Below, piece after piece: positions 38,525 to 50,263 of a stretch of DNA of 64,000 nucleotides (the stretch's first letter is position 1; each line of letters opens with the position of its first letter). The notes beneath the pieces were generated by a model that was not told where the DNA came from, made no database searches, and was given only the letters and a program-made list of their open reading frames with translations. The position numbers were made by a program, and so were the translations under genes. Origin of the DNA: Syntrophales bacterium (GTDB lineage: Bacteria > Desulfobacterota > Syntrophia > Syntrophales > UBA2210); the NCBI GenBank assembly GCA_963666365.2, contig CAXXNF010000001.1, positions 928,001 to 992,000 of the forward strand, in the 5' to 3' direction.

Positions 38525-40927
38525 ATGGAAGACGATAAGCTGATCCTTTGGTTCGATGAACTGGAACTTGACGACATCCCCCAGGTCGGCGGTAAGAATG
38601 CGTCCCTCGGTGAAATGAGACGCGAACTTATCCCCAAGGGGGTCAGCATACCCGACGGTTTCGCCGTCACTGCCTACGCATACCGATATCTTCTGGAATC
38701 AGCGGGTATAAAATCGAAGATCGAAACGATTCTTTCCGATCTGGACACACATGACTTTCACACACTTGCAGAAAAAGGGGCTCAGATTCGGTCGCTTATC
38801 TACCAAGCACCCCTCCCCGTCGATCTTGCCGATGCAATCACCGAGGCATATGGAAAACTCTGCGAGGAGTACGGCGAAAACACCGACGTAGCCGTGAGAA
38901 GTTCCGCAACAGCGGAAGACCTTCCCGATGCAAGCTTTGCCGGACAGCAGGAGACCTTTCTCAATATCAGAGGGGTCGATATGCTCATCGAGGCCTGCAA
39001 GAAGTGTTTTGCCTCCCTCTTTACCAACAGGGCCATCTCCTACCGCGTGGACAAGAACTTTGACCATTTGTCAGTAGCACTCTCCATCGGCGTGCAGAAA
39101 ATGGTCCGTTCCGACCTGGCGGCATCGGGTGTTATCTTTTCAATCGACACGGAATCGGGATTCAAGGATGCCATTCTCATCACCGGCGCCTACGGTCTCG
39201 GAGAAACGGTGGTGCAGGGAAACGTCAATCCCGATGAGTTTTATGTCTTTAAACCCACCCTCAAGAACGAATTCAGGCCGATTGTTCAGAAAAAACTGGG
39301 AACGAAAGAAATCAAGATGATTTATGCCGAGGGAGGAGAAGAATCGACGGAGATCGTCTCGGTCCCCCCGGAGGATCGGCAGGTGTTCTGTATCACCGAG
39401 GACGAGATACTGCAGCTTGCCCGGTGGACCACGATTATCGAGGATCATTACTCCCGGAAGGCCGGCTATTTCAAGCCTATGGATATCGAGTGGGGCAAAG
39501 ACGGCAACACGGGACAACTCTTTATTCTTCAGGCCAGGCCCGAAACCGTCCAATCCCAGAGAGACAAAAATGTTCTGGAAACGTATGAGTTGCTGGAGAC
39601 AAAAACACCCCTTGTCACGGGAACGGCGGTGGGGTCGAAAATCGGCGCCGGGCCGGTAAATATTATACATAGCGTCAGTGAAATCAAGGATTTTAAGGCG
39701 GGACAGGTACTCGTCACCGATATGACGGATCCCGACTGGGAACCGATCATGAAAATCGCCGCCGCCATCATCACCAACAAGGGCGGCAGGACCTGCCATG
39801 CCGCCATCGTCAGTCGTGAACTGGGAGTGCCCTGCATTGTGGGAACCGCAGACGGCACGGAGAAACTTGAGGGAATACAGGAAGTCACCGCCTCATGCGC
39901 CGAAGGCGAAGAAGGGAGGGTGTATGAGGGTATCCTGAAATTTAATGTGGACAAAATAAGCCTGGACGACCTGACCCGACCGAAGACTCAGATCATGATG
40001 AACGTGGGAAATCCCGACATGGCCTTCAATTACGCATCCATCCCCAACGACGGAGTCGGCCTTGCCCGTTTGGAATTTATTATCAGCAACATTCAGATAC
40101 ACCCCATGGCCCTTATCGATTTCGACAAGGTGACCGATGAAGCCGTGCGGACTGAAATCGAACGACTTACCAGGGGCTATGAGACGAAGAGCGATTTCTT
40201 TGTCGACAAACTCGCCCAGGGCGTGGCCAAGATCGGCGCCGCCTTTTACCCCAACGACGTCATCGTCAGGATGAGCGATTTCAAGAGCAACGAATATGCA
40301 AATCTGCTGGGCGGTTCCTATTTCGAAGCCGACGAAGAAAACCCCATGATCGGATTCCGCGGCGCCTCCCGCTATTATGACGAACGCTATCGGGACGGTT
40401 TCGCTCTGGAATGCAAAGCCATGAAAAAAGTGCGCGATGAGATGGGGCTTTCCAACATAAAGTTGATGATTCCCTTCTGCCGCACCGTGGAGGAAGGGAA
40501 GCGGGTCGTCGAGGTAATGAATAAAAACGGCCTGGTGCAGGGTGAAAACGGTCTCGAATTTTACATGATGGTCGAAATTCCCAGCAACGTCATTCTTATT
40601 GAGGAGTTTGGAAAGATCTTTGACGGATTCTCCATTGGATCGAACGATTTGACGCAGCTGACTCTGGGGCTTGACAGAGATTCCTTCCTCATCTCCCACA
40701 TATTCGACGAGCGAAACGCCGCCGTTATGGAGCTGATCAAGATCGCCATTGCCAAGGCGCGGACCATGGGAAAGAAGATCGGGATCTGCGGTCAGGCGCC
40801 CAGCGATTATCCTGAGTTTGCCCGATTCCTGGTCGACTGCGGCATTAACAGTATGTCCCTTAATGCCGACACGGTCATCAAGACCACCCTGGACATTCTG
40901 GAAACGGAAAAGAACATGAAAAAATAA
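38525..40927 (+). CDS. ppsA: Phosphoenolpyruvate synthase
   Basis: VGGKNASLGEM, RSSATAEDLPDASFAGQQET, GGRTCHAAI (phospho-His), SIGSNDLTQ, GICGQAPSD. Confidence 0.97.
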   Translation: MEDDKLILWFDELELDDIPQVGGKNASLGEMRRELIPKGVSIPDGFAVTAYAYRYLLESAGIKSKIETILSDLDTHDFHTLAEKGAQIRSLIYQAPLPVDLADAITEAYGKLCEEYGENTDVAVRSSATAEDLPDASFAGQQETFLNIRGVDMLIEACKKCFASLFTNRAISYRVDKNFDHLSVALSIGVQKMVRSDLAASGVIFSIDTESGFKDAILITGAYGLGETVVQGNVNPDEFYVFKPTLKNEFRPIVQKKLGTKEIKMIYAEGGEESTEIVSVPPEDRQVFCITEDEILQLARWTTIIEDHYSRKAGYFKPMDIEWGKDGNTGQLFILQARPETVQSQRDKNVLETYELLETKTPLVTGTAVGSKIGAGPVNIIHSVSEIKDFKAGQVLVTDMTDPDWEPIMKIAAAIITNKGGRTCHAAIVSRELGVPCIVGTADGTEKLEGIQEVTASCAEGEEGRVYEGILKFNVDKISLDDLTRPKTQIMMNVGNPDMAFNYASIPNDGVGLARLEFIISNIQIHPMALIDFDKVTDEAVRTEIERLTRGYETKSDFFVDKLAQGVAKIGAAFYPNDVIVRMSDFKSNEYANLLGGSYFEADEENPMIGFRGASRYYDERYRDGFALECKAMKKVRDEMGLSNIKLMIPFCRTVEEGKRVVEVMNKNGLVQGENGLEFYMMVEIPSNVILIEEFGKIFDGFSIGSNDLTQLTLGLDRDSFLISHIFDERNAAVMELIKIAIAKARTMGKKIGICGQAPSDYPEFARFLVDCGINSMSLNADTVIKTTLDILETEKNMKK

Positions 40928-40958
40928 GACGATTGAAGACTGAAGGTTTAAAAAACTT

Positions 40959-40983
40959 AAAGGGGGCCCCAGAGGCCCCCTTT
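40959..40983. terminator. Likely bidirectional intrinsic terminator between ppsA and the DUF6178 gene
   Basis: AAAGGGGGCC-ccaga-GGCCCCCTTT. Confidence 0.7.
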
Positions 40984-40984
40984 C

Positions 40985-42694
40985 TTAGTCTGCGATCATT
41001 ATCAGCCTTGAATACCGGGGAACAAGATCGGCTGAAGCGACGTGTTCGTACTCCGCGGCAAAGTCATGCCACAGACGTAAAAGCGACTCCTCAAGCAGCG
41101 CTCTGCCGGCAGGGTCAAAATCGGTTGCATAGGACATAAACTCATTTACGAAGAATGGCCCTTCGCCACTCATCCTATAGGGGGGCTCCGTTTCGCCCTT
41201 TCTCAGCAACTCAAGAAAGTCGACTGCCTCATTCCTGCTAACGGGAGCATAACCGGGATTGATTCCCAACCGCTTCCTCACCCTCCAGGTCACCAGCAGC
41301 GGCTCAAATATCAGATCCTTGGCCTCGCCAAGATCTCGGCCCAGCGGCGCCGCGTGATCGAGCCTCTCAAAAAGACGATCCAAAGCACGCAGAGTCAGGA
41401 GGCGTGAGCGGCATTTCTTCCAATCCGCAAGCCCCTCGAAATCCCGACAGGGTTCCTTGGCGTTGTCGCCGTCATAGAACCGGGGCCGTCGAGCCCTCAG
41501 CCCCTCCAGGGTCTTACCCAGCAAATCCCCCCAGAAGGAAGAAGCAAGCCCCGCTGCATGAAACCAGCTTTCTCCGATAAATCGATCCGCATCCCACTTC
41601 AAATGCATGGCAAGACCGAAGCCCGCACGAAACAGGGACAGCAGGGGATTCGATCCGACCAGCGTTTCAGCCGTCATCAGATCGCCGCCGCTTCTCTCTT
41701 CCAGCGCCATACTGATGTAGCCCCCTGTTTTGCGGCAGGTCCGTTCCAGCACTTCGGGATCATGGCTTGTAAGTCCGTCGGCCACATGAATCTGGTTGCA
41801 AAGACCGGCAAACTCACGACGCAGTCGGTCTATAAGCCGCGTATCGGAGATCCGGCCCGCCACCTTATGCAACATGGTTCCTTCGCCTGCGTATAAGAGC
41901 GGCAGAAAGGGCGCGGCGACCCTGTGATTGTCGGCATCGACGATATCGAAGCGATAGGGACCGCCCCCCGATTCCAGTGATGCAGGATCAAGAGGCGCAT
42001 AGACCTCCAGTGCCTCGTCAAAGGACAGATACCCGTCCTCGGCCATTCTTACATTCCGGAGCCGGTACATTTCCTCCTCCGTCTCGGCGGGCGCCACTCC
42101 GCCAAGGCTGAGAAGAAGCCAGGAATAGCGTTCATAATCGAGATCCACCATTACCTGCAGCATGTCTCTGATGGCAGGCATGTAATCTTCATCAACGACC
42201 TTGACGTAATGGACCCCATCAAGGGTGAAAAAACCTTCGGGCATTTCCAGGGTATCGTCCTGATCGGGATCGACAACGAGCACCTCAAGGGTACGGTAAA
42301 AATAGGCATAGGCCAGATACTGACCTTCAGCTAAAAGCCACCTCACAAGCCTCCGCGGATCGGCGTCAAAAAGCCTCTTCAACCATTCAGCAGTGCGGTC
42401 TACACGAAAACAATCCCTCTCCCACACCTCAAGATCAAGAAGGTGCTGCCACTGCGCAAGGGACCCCAGTGTCAGGAGGGGAAGGCTGTCGTCTTCTCCT
42501 ATCCTCTTGACGAGCCACGTAAAATCCTGATTTGAAAGCTTTCGTATCACTCCCTGGGGATACCGCCCTTCAAGGAGGCGTTTCATAATCTCGCTTCCCG
42601 AAAGGCGGCCAAGCTCCTCAGGCAGCAGCGAATCGACATTCCCCATTGACTGTGGACGCTCATCCTCGCTGTGTTGGTGTTTCCTATCCCCCAT
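40985..42694 (-). CDS. DUF6178 family protein
   Basis: IG..D...LL.L.S..QW..LLDLEVW..D, E.EEEMYRLR..RMAEDGY....EA...Y, LFRAG. Confidence 0.75.
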   Translation of the reverse strand: MGDRKHQHSEDERPQSMGNVDSLLPEELGRLSGSEIMKRLLEGRYPQGVIRKLSNQDFTWLVKRIGEDDSLPLLTLGSLAQWQHLLDLEVWERDCFRVDRTAEWLKRLFDADPRRLVRWLLAEGQYLAYAYFYRTLEVLVVDPDQDDTLEMPEGFFTLDGVHYVKVVDEDYMPAIRDMLQVMVDLDYERYSWLLLSLGGVAPAETEEEMYRLRNVRMAEDGYLSFDEALEVYAPLDPASLESGGGPYRFDIVDADNHRVAAPFLPLLYAGEGTMLHKVAGRISDTRLIDRLRREFAGLCNQIHVADGLTSHDPEVLERTCRKTGGYISMALEERSGGDLMTAETLVGSNPLLSLFRAGFGLAMHLKWDADRFIGESWFHAAGLASSFWGDLLGKTLEGLRARRPRFYDGDNAKEPCRDFEGLADWKKCRSRLLTLRALDRLFERLDHAAPLGRDLGEAKDLIFEPLLVTWRVRKRLGINPGYAPVSRNEAVDFLELLRKGETEPPYRMSGEGPFFVNEFMSYATDFDPAGRALLEESLLRLWHDFAAEYEHVASADLVPRYSRLIMIAD

Positions 42695-42835
42695 TGCACC
42701 TCGTCCTTTCCTTCACCGATCCATGCCCTGAAACCGCGCGACTGTTATATAGAGTCCACATTGCACGCGGGCACCACACAACCTCGTTGAAACCGCCTTT
42801 TTGGTAATAATCCTTTGCGCATCCGCGAGACCAAT

Positions 42836-42870
42836 GAAAACTCCCGAATGAAAAAGTTCCATTCGGGAGT
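42836..42870 (-). terminator. Intrinsic terminator downstream of groEL
   Basis: 11-bp stem ACTCCCGAATG/CATTCGGGAGT followed by a short U-run on the minus strand. Confidence 0.65.
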
Positions 42871-42898
42871 CCTTCATCCAATTCCCGACTACAATCAA

Positions 42899-44595
<1,697 letters not shown>

Positions 44596-44721
44596 ATGGA
44601 ACGCATGTCGGCGAGGCGGTTAGCACGCCTCGCTGACATGCTCTGCGTCTGTGTTCTCCCACACTCCCCTCGCCGCTGCCACAGGCGGGGCGAGGAGAGT
44701 GCAAAAGACGAACTTGAACTG

Positions 44722-45222
44722 CTACTCAGTTTTAATTGATATCTTTTTACTGGCCTCGGCGGCACTCTCCGCCTTGGAAACAACAATGTGGAGCACGCCC
44801 TTTTTAAAGGTCGCTTCGACCTTTTCGGTGTCGATATAGTCCGGCATGGGAATCACCCGGTGGAATGAACCGTACCGACGTTCCGTATGCCAGTAGTCTT
44901 TTCCTTTTTCCTCTTTTTTTTCCTTCTTTTCCCCCTTGAGTATCAGCGCCTCTTTCGTCAGAGACACGTCGATGTCCTTCTCGTCCATACCGGGCAGTTC
45001 CGCCGTTACTTCCAGTGATTTTTCCGTTTCCTTCACATCAATGGTCGGCATGAACTGTCCGCGCCACCGATCAATTTCGCCAAAGGGCAATTGCTCAAAA
45101 TCACTGAAGAAGGAGTCAAAAAGTTCATTCATCCGCCGCTGAAGCGAATAAAAGGGGAAATCATCCTCACGCCTTACGGGGACACCCGCCTTCCTTCTGC
45201 TCACAAGATCTTTGATTGCCAT
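44722..45222 (-). CDS. Small heat shock protein (Hsp20/alpha-crystallin)
   Basis: P.IDVKET, AELPGMD..DI.V, L.LKGEK, ERRYGSFHR, A.FKKGVL.I. Confidence 0.95.
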   Translation of the reverse strand: MAIKDLVSRRKAGVPVRREDDFPFYSLQRRMNELFDSFFSDFEQLPFGEIDRWRGQFMPTIDVKETEKSLEVTAELPGMDEKDIDVSLTKEALILKGEKKEKKEEKGKDYWHTERRYGSFHRVIPMPDYIDTEKVEATFKKGVLHIVVSKAESAAEASKKISIKTE

Positions 45223-45391
45223 AACACACCCTCCTTCCTGTCCTCCTGCATGCCATGAAATCGAAGGGCTGCGATCCTGTCACTTACTCCGAATATGGGG
45301 AAGCAATTTTCTCCCCCTTGACAACTGATCGCCGCCACGATCACAACACGCAATCAGCCGTTATTATTTATTAATTACTTGTTTTATCCAT

Positions 45392-45419
45392 ATAGTAATC
45401 ACTCTTTTTGCCTTGTCAA
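45392..45419 (-). promoter_or_regulatory. Putative sigma70 promoter for hsp20-groEL
   Basis: TTGACA-N16-TACTAT on the minus strand. Confidence 0.55.
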
Positions 45420-45467
45420 GCACGGGGGAAAAGACAAATTAAAAAAATTGACCGGCGCCTGTTGCCT

Positions 45468-46430
45468 CTACTGCGATCGTATCTCCTGTTTCATGAATAT
45501 GGCGTAAGACATGCCGAAACAGATAAAGGTAATGGCGATGAGGGTAATTATATGGGGCATCACAATATAGACGCTTTGCACCAGGGAAAGCGGCCTTTGA
45601 AATCGTTCCTGGGACATTTTTTCCAGCGGCCCCATCAGGACAAAGGACCTGGTCGTTTTCCGCGTGGGATCAACGACGATCGCCGTGGAGTCATTATAAA
45701 GCTGCAGGGGAGACGCAAGGGATACATTTCTCTGGATTTTAATGCGCTTCATCATGAGTTCCGGATTTTCCCTGCTGTGCGCGTCAAGGGGAACAACGGC
45801 GCTGGCTGCCACACTGGCGCCGATGGAAATAAAAAAGGAGAAGAAAATCCACACCGCCAGCGTTGCCAGGGCGGAGGTGGCCACCCCTCTGAAGAGGATC
45901 GAAAAAAAGATGCTTACGGCGAGCCAGAAAGAAACATAGATCACGCTGATTACCAGATAGAGTATGATCCGCCAGACTTCCTCGACGCCGGGCACCACTC
46001 CTATCAACTTCAACCCCAGTCCAGAAACGACGCAGACAATGGAAAAGAGCATAATGGCAATGGTGGCGACGCCGGCGAGAAATTTTCCGTTGATTATGGA
46101 ATCACGATAAATGGGCTGCGACACCAACATGCTCAGCGTTCCGCTGCTTCGCTCTCGGTTCACCGAGTCGAATCCCAGAAGAAGCCCAATAAGGGGGCCG
46201 AAAAAGGCGACAAACTGCACGAGAGAAAACAGTGATCCTGTCGAGGTAAAGAGCATGAGAAACACAAATTGCGGTTTGGCAACGCCGGCGAGTTCCTCTC
46301 GAAGGCCGATACCGGCCATATAGGCGGTAATGAGGCCGGCCATGGCAATCAGTGCAAAAAGTATCGTAAATCGATAACTGCTGAAATGATCGGAAAGTTC
46401 TTTTCTGAATATGGTTCCGATACCGGTCAT
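45468..46430 (-). CDS. ABC-2 type transporter permease
   Basis: IFRKELSD, GFDSVNRERSSGTL..LVSQPIYR, GKFLA; six TM segments. Confidence 0.9.
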   Translation of the reverse strand: MTGIGTIFRKELSDHFSSYRFTILFALIAMAGLITAYMAGIGLREELAGVAKPQFVFLMLFTSTGSLFSLVQFVAFFGPLIGLLLGFDSVNRERSSGTLSMLVSQPIYRDSIINGKFLAGVATIAIMLFSIVCVVSGLGLKLIGVVPGVEEVWRIILYLVISVIYVSFWLAVSIFFSILFRGVATSALATLAVWIFFSFFISIGASVAASAVVPLDAHSRENPELMMKRIKIQRNVSLASPLQLYNDSTAIVVDPTRKTTRSFVLMGPLEKMSQERFQRPLSLVQSVYIVMPHIITLIAITFICFGMSYAIFMKQEIRSQ

Positions 46431-46432
46431 GC

Positions 46433-47185
46433 CTATCCCTCCTGAAAATACTTCATGTAGAGATCGTCGAGCGAGACCTGCCGGTCTCCCAGTCCGAATT
46501 TTTCCTCTGCCAGCCTGTCAAGAGTTCCCTCGGCGATCATCTGTCCCTCAAGCATGATGCCCACCCTATCGGCAATTTTCTGGACCTGCTTCAAATCGTG
46601 AGATGACAAGATAATCGTAATATTCTTTTCTCTGCTGAGGGACTGGATAAACCCTATGTTTTTGGCAGTCGCCTCGGGATCGAGGCCCAATGTGGGCTCG
46701 TCAAGAAAGGCAATCTTCGGCTCTTTGATAATGATTTCCGCAATGCCGAGCCTCTGCCGCATTCCCCTGGAATAGGCGCCGACCTTTTTTATCGCTTCGT
46801 CGGCGAGACCGACAGTTTCAAGGGCATCCGCAATCCTGGGACTGCTTACGGAATCGGCGAGCCCGTTCAGCCTGGCAATAAAGCGCAGATTTTCCAGCGC
46901 ATTCATATCTTCGTAAAACCCTATATTCTCGGGAATGTATCCGATAATCCGCTTGACCTTCATCGACTCCCGCAACGGGTCATAGCCCGCCACCCGCGCC
47001 CAGCCGCTGTCCGGCTCCGTAAGACCCAGAAGCATGAGAAGCGTGGTCGTTTTCCCCGATCCATTAGGACCGAGGAATCCGAATATTTCCCCCTCATGTA
47101 CGGTAAACGTCAGATTACTAACCGCTTTTTGACGTCCATAGATCTTCGTCAGCCCCTGAGTTTCAATAATTTTGTCCCCGCCCAT
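46433..47185 (-). CDS. ABC transporter ATP-binding protein
   Basis: GPNGSGKTT, YSRGMRQR, FLDEPT, SSH. Confidence 0.95.
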   Translation of the reverse strand: MGGDKIIETQGLTKIYGRQKAVSNLTFTVHEGEIFGFLGPNGSGKTTTLLMLLGLTEPDSGWARVAGYDPLRESMKVKRIIGYIPENIGFYEDMNALENLRFIARLNGLADSVSSPRIADALETVGLADEAIKKVGAYSRGMRQRLGIAEIIIKEPKIAFLDEPTLGLDPEATAKNIGFIQSLSREKNITIILSSHDLKQVQKIADRVGIMLEGQMIAEGTLDRLAEEKFGLGDRQVSLDDLYMKYFQEG

Positions 47186-47186
47186 G

Positions 47187-48407
47187 TCATCTCCTTCCCA
47201 GGATCAGAAACAGACCGAAGAGCCCGATAATGACCAACAGGATGATCCCGATTCCAATCCACCCCCAGGCGGCAGAGGCCTTAACGGTAACCCTCAATTC
47301 AAGGGCATCGGAACTTTTTTCGGCATTGACCTGTATCCCCACGGCATAATCCCCCACCAGGGCCTCTTCGGCGGGCACAATGGTTACTTCAACCTGCTGG
47401 AGACTTCCCGGTTCCAGGGAGGAGAGTTTCTCCGGCGCGAACGTGACGTTCCAGTTTTCCGGCTTGACTGAAAGAAAGGATACCTCATGCAATGAAGCGG
47501 AACCGGTATTCTTTAAATAGATGGAAAGATTTCCAGGCTTGCCCTTCCGAGTTTCGAGCGAGAGAAGCCCCGTCGCGGTGCCGGCATCAATCTTATAGGT
47601 TCCCGTAATGACGACTTTGAGCACGGCTTCCGCCTTCATATCACCGGCCGTCACCGTCACCGGTATGGGGTATTCTCCCGCCGCCGCGAACCGATCGGGG
47701 GTCACCTCGACATTCACATTCTGACTCTCATCCGGTTTCATTAAGAGACTCGAAATATAGGTGTCCTTAAAGGGCGGCTTGAAATTGATCTGCCAGTCCC
47801 TGGGCGCCTCGGCCAGGAGATTGAAGGGCTGCTCCTTCCTGGTTTTATTGTTGATGCCCAGGGAAAATTCGAATTTTCCGTCGTTTGCCCCCTGCAAGAC
47901 CGGATAGGACGTGGTGACTACAATCTTTCCCTGTGTTTCTTTCTCTTTTTCCTGCAATGTCACCTTAAGCGTTTGAGACGCCGTAAGAAGACCGTCTACG
48001 GTACGGGAATTCACTTCAAATCGATAGTCGCCCGGCGGTGTGTCGCCATAGGGTTCAATATTGAAGGTGACCGATCTGTCTTCACCGGCGGGCACATGAA
48101 TAGAGGTAATATCGAAGCTGTATGTCTTTACCCTGGCGCGCCATCCCGGGGGGATTCGATAGTCGAAATGAATCGTTTCGTCCTTCTTCCCTCTGTTTCT
48201 GAAGGTAAGATCAAGATCCACGCTGCTTGCTCCACCGAGAAAAATAATTTCGGGATAGGCGAAATTCATGGAAAAGCTGCGCTCGGGACCATCTGTTTTT
48301 CCCCCCTGTGAATCCTGGGCACACCCGGGCGATAGGAAAAAGATCCCGCACAGGATGAGCGAGGTGAACAGGGCCATTGCAAAAAACTTTCCATTTCCAA
48401 GTCTCAT
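47187..48407 (-). CDS. Membrane-anchored Ig-like repeat protein (NEW3/COG1470-like)
   Basis: Signal peptide, three ~110-aa beta repeats (N.G...P..W...L..GE..V...V.P....G.Y), C-terminal TM plus RR. Confidence 0.75.
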   Translation of the reverse strand: MRLGNGKFFAMALFTSLILCGIFFLSPGCAQDSQGGKTDGPERSFSMNFAYPEIIFLGGASSVDLDLTFRNRGKKDETIHFDYRIPPGWRARVKTYSFDITSIHVPAGEDRSVTFNIEPYGDTPPGDYRFEVNSRTVDGLLTASQTLKVTLQEKEKETQGKIVVTTSYPVLQGANDGKFEFSLGINNKTRKEQPFNLLAEAPRDWQINFKPPFKDTYISSLLMKPDESQNVNVEVTPDRFAAAGEYPIPVTVTAGDMKAEAVLKVVITGTYKIDAGTATGLLSLETRKGKPGNLSIYLKNTGSASLHEVSFLSVKPENWNVTFAPEKLSSLEPGSLQQVEVTIVPAEEALVGDYAVGIQVNAEKSSDALELRVTVKASAAWGWIGIGIILLVIIGLFGLFLILGRR

Positions 48408-48756
48408 TTCATCTCCTCCATTTGCACCGGATCGACCGGATGAACCGTCAATCCTCTATTTTTATTATTATAAATGCACCCTCTTGTGTGATAATTCAGC
48501 AGGTTACTTTATTGATCTCCCGTCTCTTATCGCCGCTGCGGGGCCTCGTCCGCAACGCGCGTGCAGACGTCAGTTATTTAAAATTGAGTGCGATTGATTC
48601 AGAGACATTACACACAATGGAAACACCCTTTACCCCAGAAACACGCTGAATGTATATAAGGATTCGATCAATTGTCAAGGTCATTCTTTTTTCGACAGGC
48701 GCGACAGGGAACGAACGCGCGTAAGGACGCAGGCGCCGGGATCGTCAAGAAGTATC

Positions 48757-49132
48757 AGAGCAGATCTGTAAGCCGAGTTCTGTTCCCCTGAAGGGGCGGT
48801 GATCATTCATCTGGGACAACGGTTGCCCGCTGCCTCAAGCGACGCTACCCGAGAGCTTCGGACGGGCCGCCCTCATGCGCTCTCCTATTTGGTCTTGCTC
48901 CGGATGGGGTTTACCAAGCTTTCCCGGTCACCCGGGAAACTGGTGAGCTCTTACCTCGCCTTTTCACCCTTACCCCGGCACGCAACGCGGACGTCCCTTG
49001 CCGTGGCGGTATATTTTCTGTGGCACTTTCCTTAGGGTCGCCCCCAGTCGCCGTTAGCGACCATCCTGCCCTGCGGAGCTCGGACTTTCCTCCAGCCCGG
49101 AACCCCGGACCAGCGACCACCCGATCTGCTCT
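48757..49132 (-). ncRNA. rnpB: RNase P RNA (type A)
   Basis: Minus strand: GGAGGAAAGTCC..., GGAAAGTGCCACAGAAA, GGTAAGAGC, AACAGAACTCGGCTTA. Termini pair (gtatcagagcagatc / gatctgctctgatac). Confidence 0.96.
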
Positions 49133-49231
49133 GATACATAGCTTGAATATAGCCATTCCGACGGTCGGAATCAACCAAAACCATCACATCGGAAAGGGGC
49201 GTCGCCGCACACATCGCCGGCAGGCAAATCC

Positions 49232-49951
49232 TTATTCACCATCCCGGCGGTCCTCCCAGTAGAGAATCCTGCTGCAGTGCGGACAGAGTATAAGGGTCTC
49301 CGACCTCCGAAGGTCGTTATACATCTGAGGTGGAATATTCATATGACAGCCGCTGCATACTTCCTGCCACGCAGCCACGACGGCCTTCCCATTTCGCCTC
49401 GTTTTGATAAGGTCAAATTTCTTCAGCAGATTTACGTCAATTTTTTGCCGGATTGAGTCCTGCTCGTGCACCTTTTCTGCAAGGTGCGCATCAATCGAAC
49501 ACAGCTCTTTCTCTATTCGGGCCGCCTGATCGGCAAATTGTGTTCTATGGGCGGCAATCTCGTCATTTTCCACGGCGATCGCTTGAGAAAGTCTCTCGAC
49601 TTCGTCAAGCAGACGAATAATCTCGTCTTCAACCCTGCCGCTTGCCTCTTTGATGGTTTCAATCTCCTTCAAGGTGGCTTCATACTCTTTATTCGTCTTA
49701 ACCTCGATTAATCTTCCCTTGGCCCGCTTTATTTTGTCGGCATTGGTGACAAGATTTGCCTCCTGTTGACGATGCTCCTTCTTGAGCGCCTCCAGGCGTT
49801 CTTTCTCCAATTCAAAGCGCGCCTCTCGTCCCTGCATTTCCTCTTCGAGGGCGTGCTTCGTTTTCGGAAGTTCCACCTTTTTGTTCTTCAGGGACGACAC
49901 GTCCAGTTCCGCCTTTTGAAGTTCCACCAGTAATTGCAACTGCTCTTTCAA
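49232..49951 (-). CDS. Coiled-coil + C4 zinc-ribbon protein (DUF164 family)
   Basis: L..LQ..E, KTNKEY.A..KEI, CSGCHMNIPPQ...CPHCSRILY. TTG start after AGGAGG. Confidence 0.9.
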   Translation of the reverse strand: MKEQLQLLVELQKAELDVSSLKNKKVELPKTKHALEEEMQGREARFELEKERLEALKKEHRQQEANLVTNADKIKRAKGRLIEVKTNKEYEATLKEIETIKEASGRVEDEIIRLLDEVERLSQAIAVENDEIAAHRTQFADQAARIEKELCSIDAHLAEKVHEQDSIRQKIDVNLLKKFDLIKTRRNGKAVVAAWQEVCSGCHMNIPPQMYNDLRRSETLILCPHCSRILYWEDRRDGE

Positions 49952-49972
49952 AAATATTCCTCCTCTTAAGAT

Positions 49973-50007
49973 AAAAAAAATGCACCAGATTTTTCTGGTG
50001 CATTTTT
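49973..50007 (-). terminator. Intrinsic terminator downstream of the tRNA
   Basis: AAAAATGCACCAGA-tttt-TCTGGTGCATTTTT with an 8-A run (U-tract on the minus strand). Confidence 0.75.
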
Positions 50008-50076
50008 CAGGAATGGTCCTGTGATGATCCTTTATGTGCCTTCGGTGCTGTTTTCTGTCTCATCGCTGTCAAGTTA

Positions 50077-50152
50077 TGGTGGGCCCACCTGGGTTCGAAC
50101 CAGGGACCTACCGGTTATGAGCCGGTGGCTCTGCCAATTGAGCTATGGGCCC
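50077..50152 (-). tRNA. tRNA with CAT anticodon, most likely tRNA-Ile2 (lysidine)
   Basis: GGGCCCATAGCTCAATTGGCAGAGCCACCGGCTCATAACCGGTAGGTCCCTGGTTCGAACCCAGGTGGGCCCACCA, 76 nt with encoded CCA. Paired G1-C72 excludes the initiator tRNA. Confidence 0.92.
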
Positions 50153-50183
50153 CTCAAGATCCATTGAATTAAAATAAAGGGGG

Positions 50184-50212
50184 AACTTATACCTCTTTAT
50201 TGCATCTGTCAA
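50184..50212 (-). promoter_or_regulatory. Putative tRNA promoter
   Basis: TTGACA-N17-TAAGTT followed by a C-rich discriminator. Confidence 0.5.
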
Positions 50213-50263
50213 GATCTTTATGGCACTTTTTTACCTCCCCACGTATCGGCATCTTTATCCCGC

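Noticed and set aside
44620..44705. CIRCE-like half sites (TTAGCAC; GAGTGCAAA) upstream of groEL, and TAATCACTC near the hsp20 promoter
   Set aside because: No pair has the required TTAGCACTC-N9-GAGTGCTAA spacing.
48799..49262. Several short ORFs on both strands
   Set aside because: They overlap the RNase P RNA gene.
50077..50152. tRNA as an integration site
   Set aside because: No integrase and no duplicated tRNA 3' end seen; the flanks are core genes.
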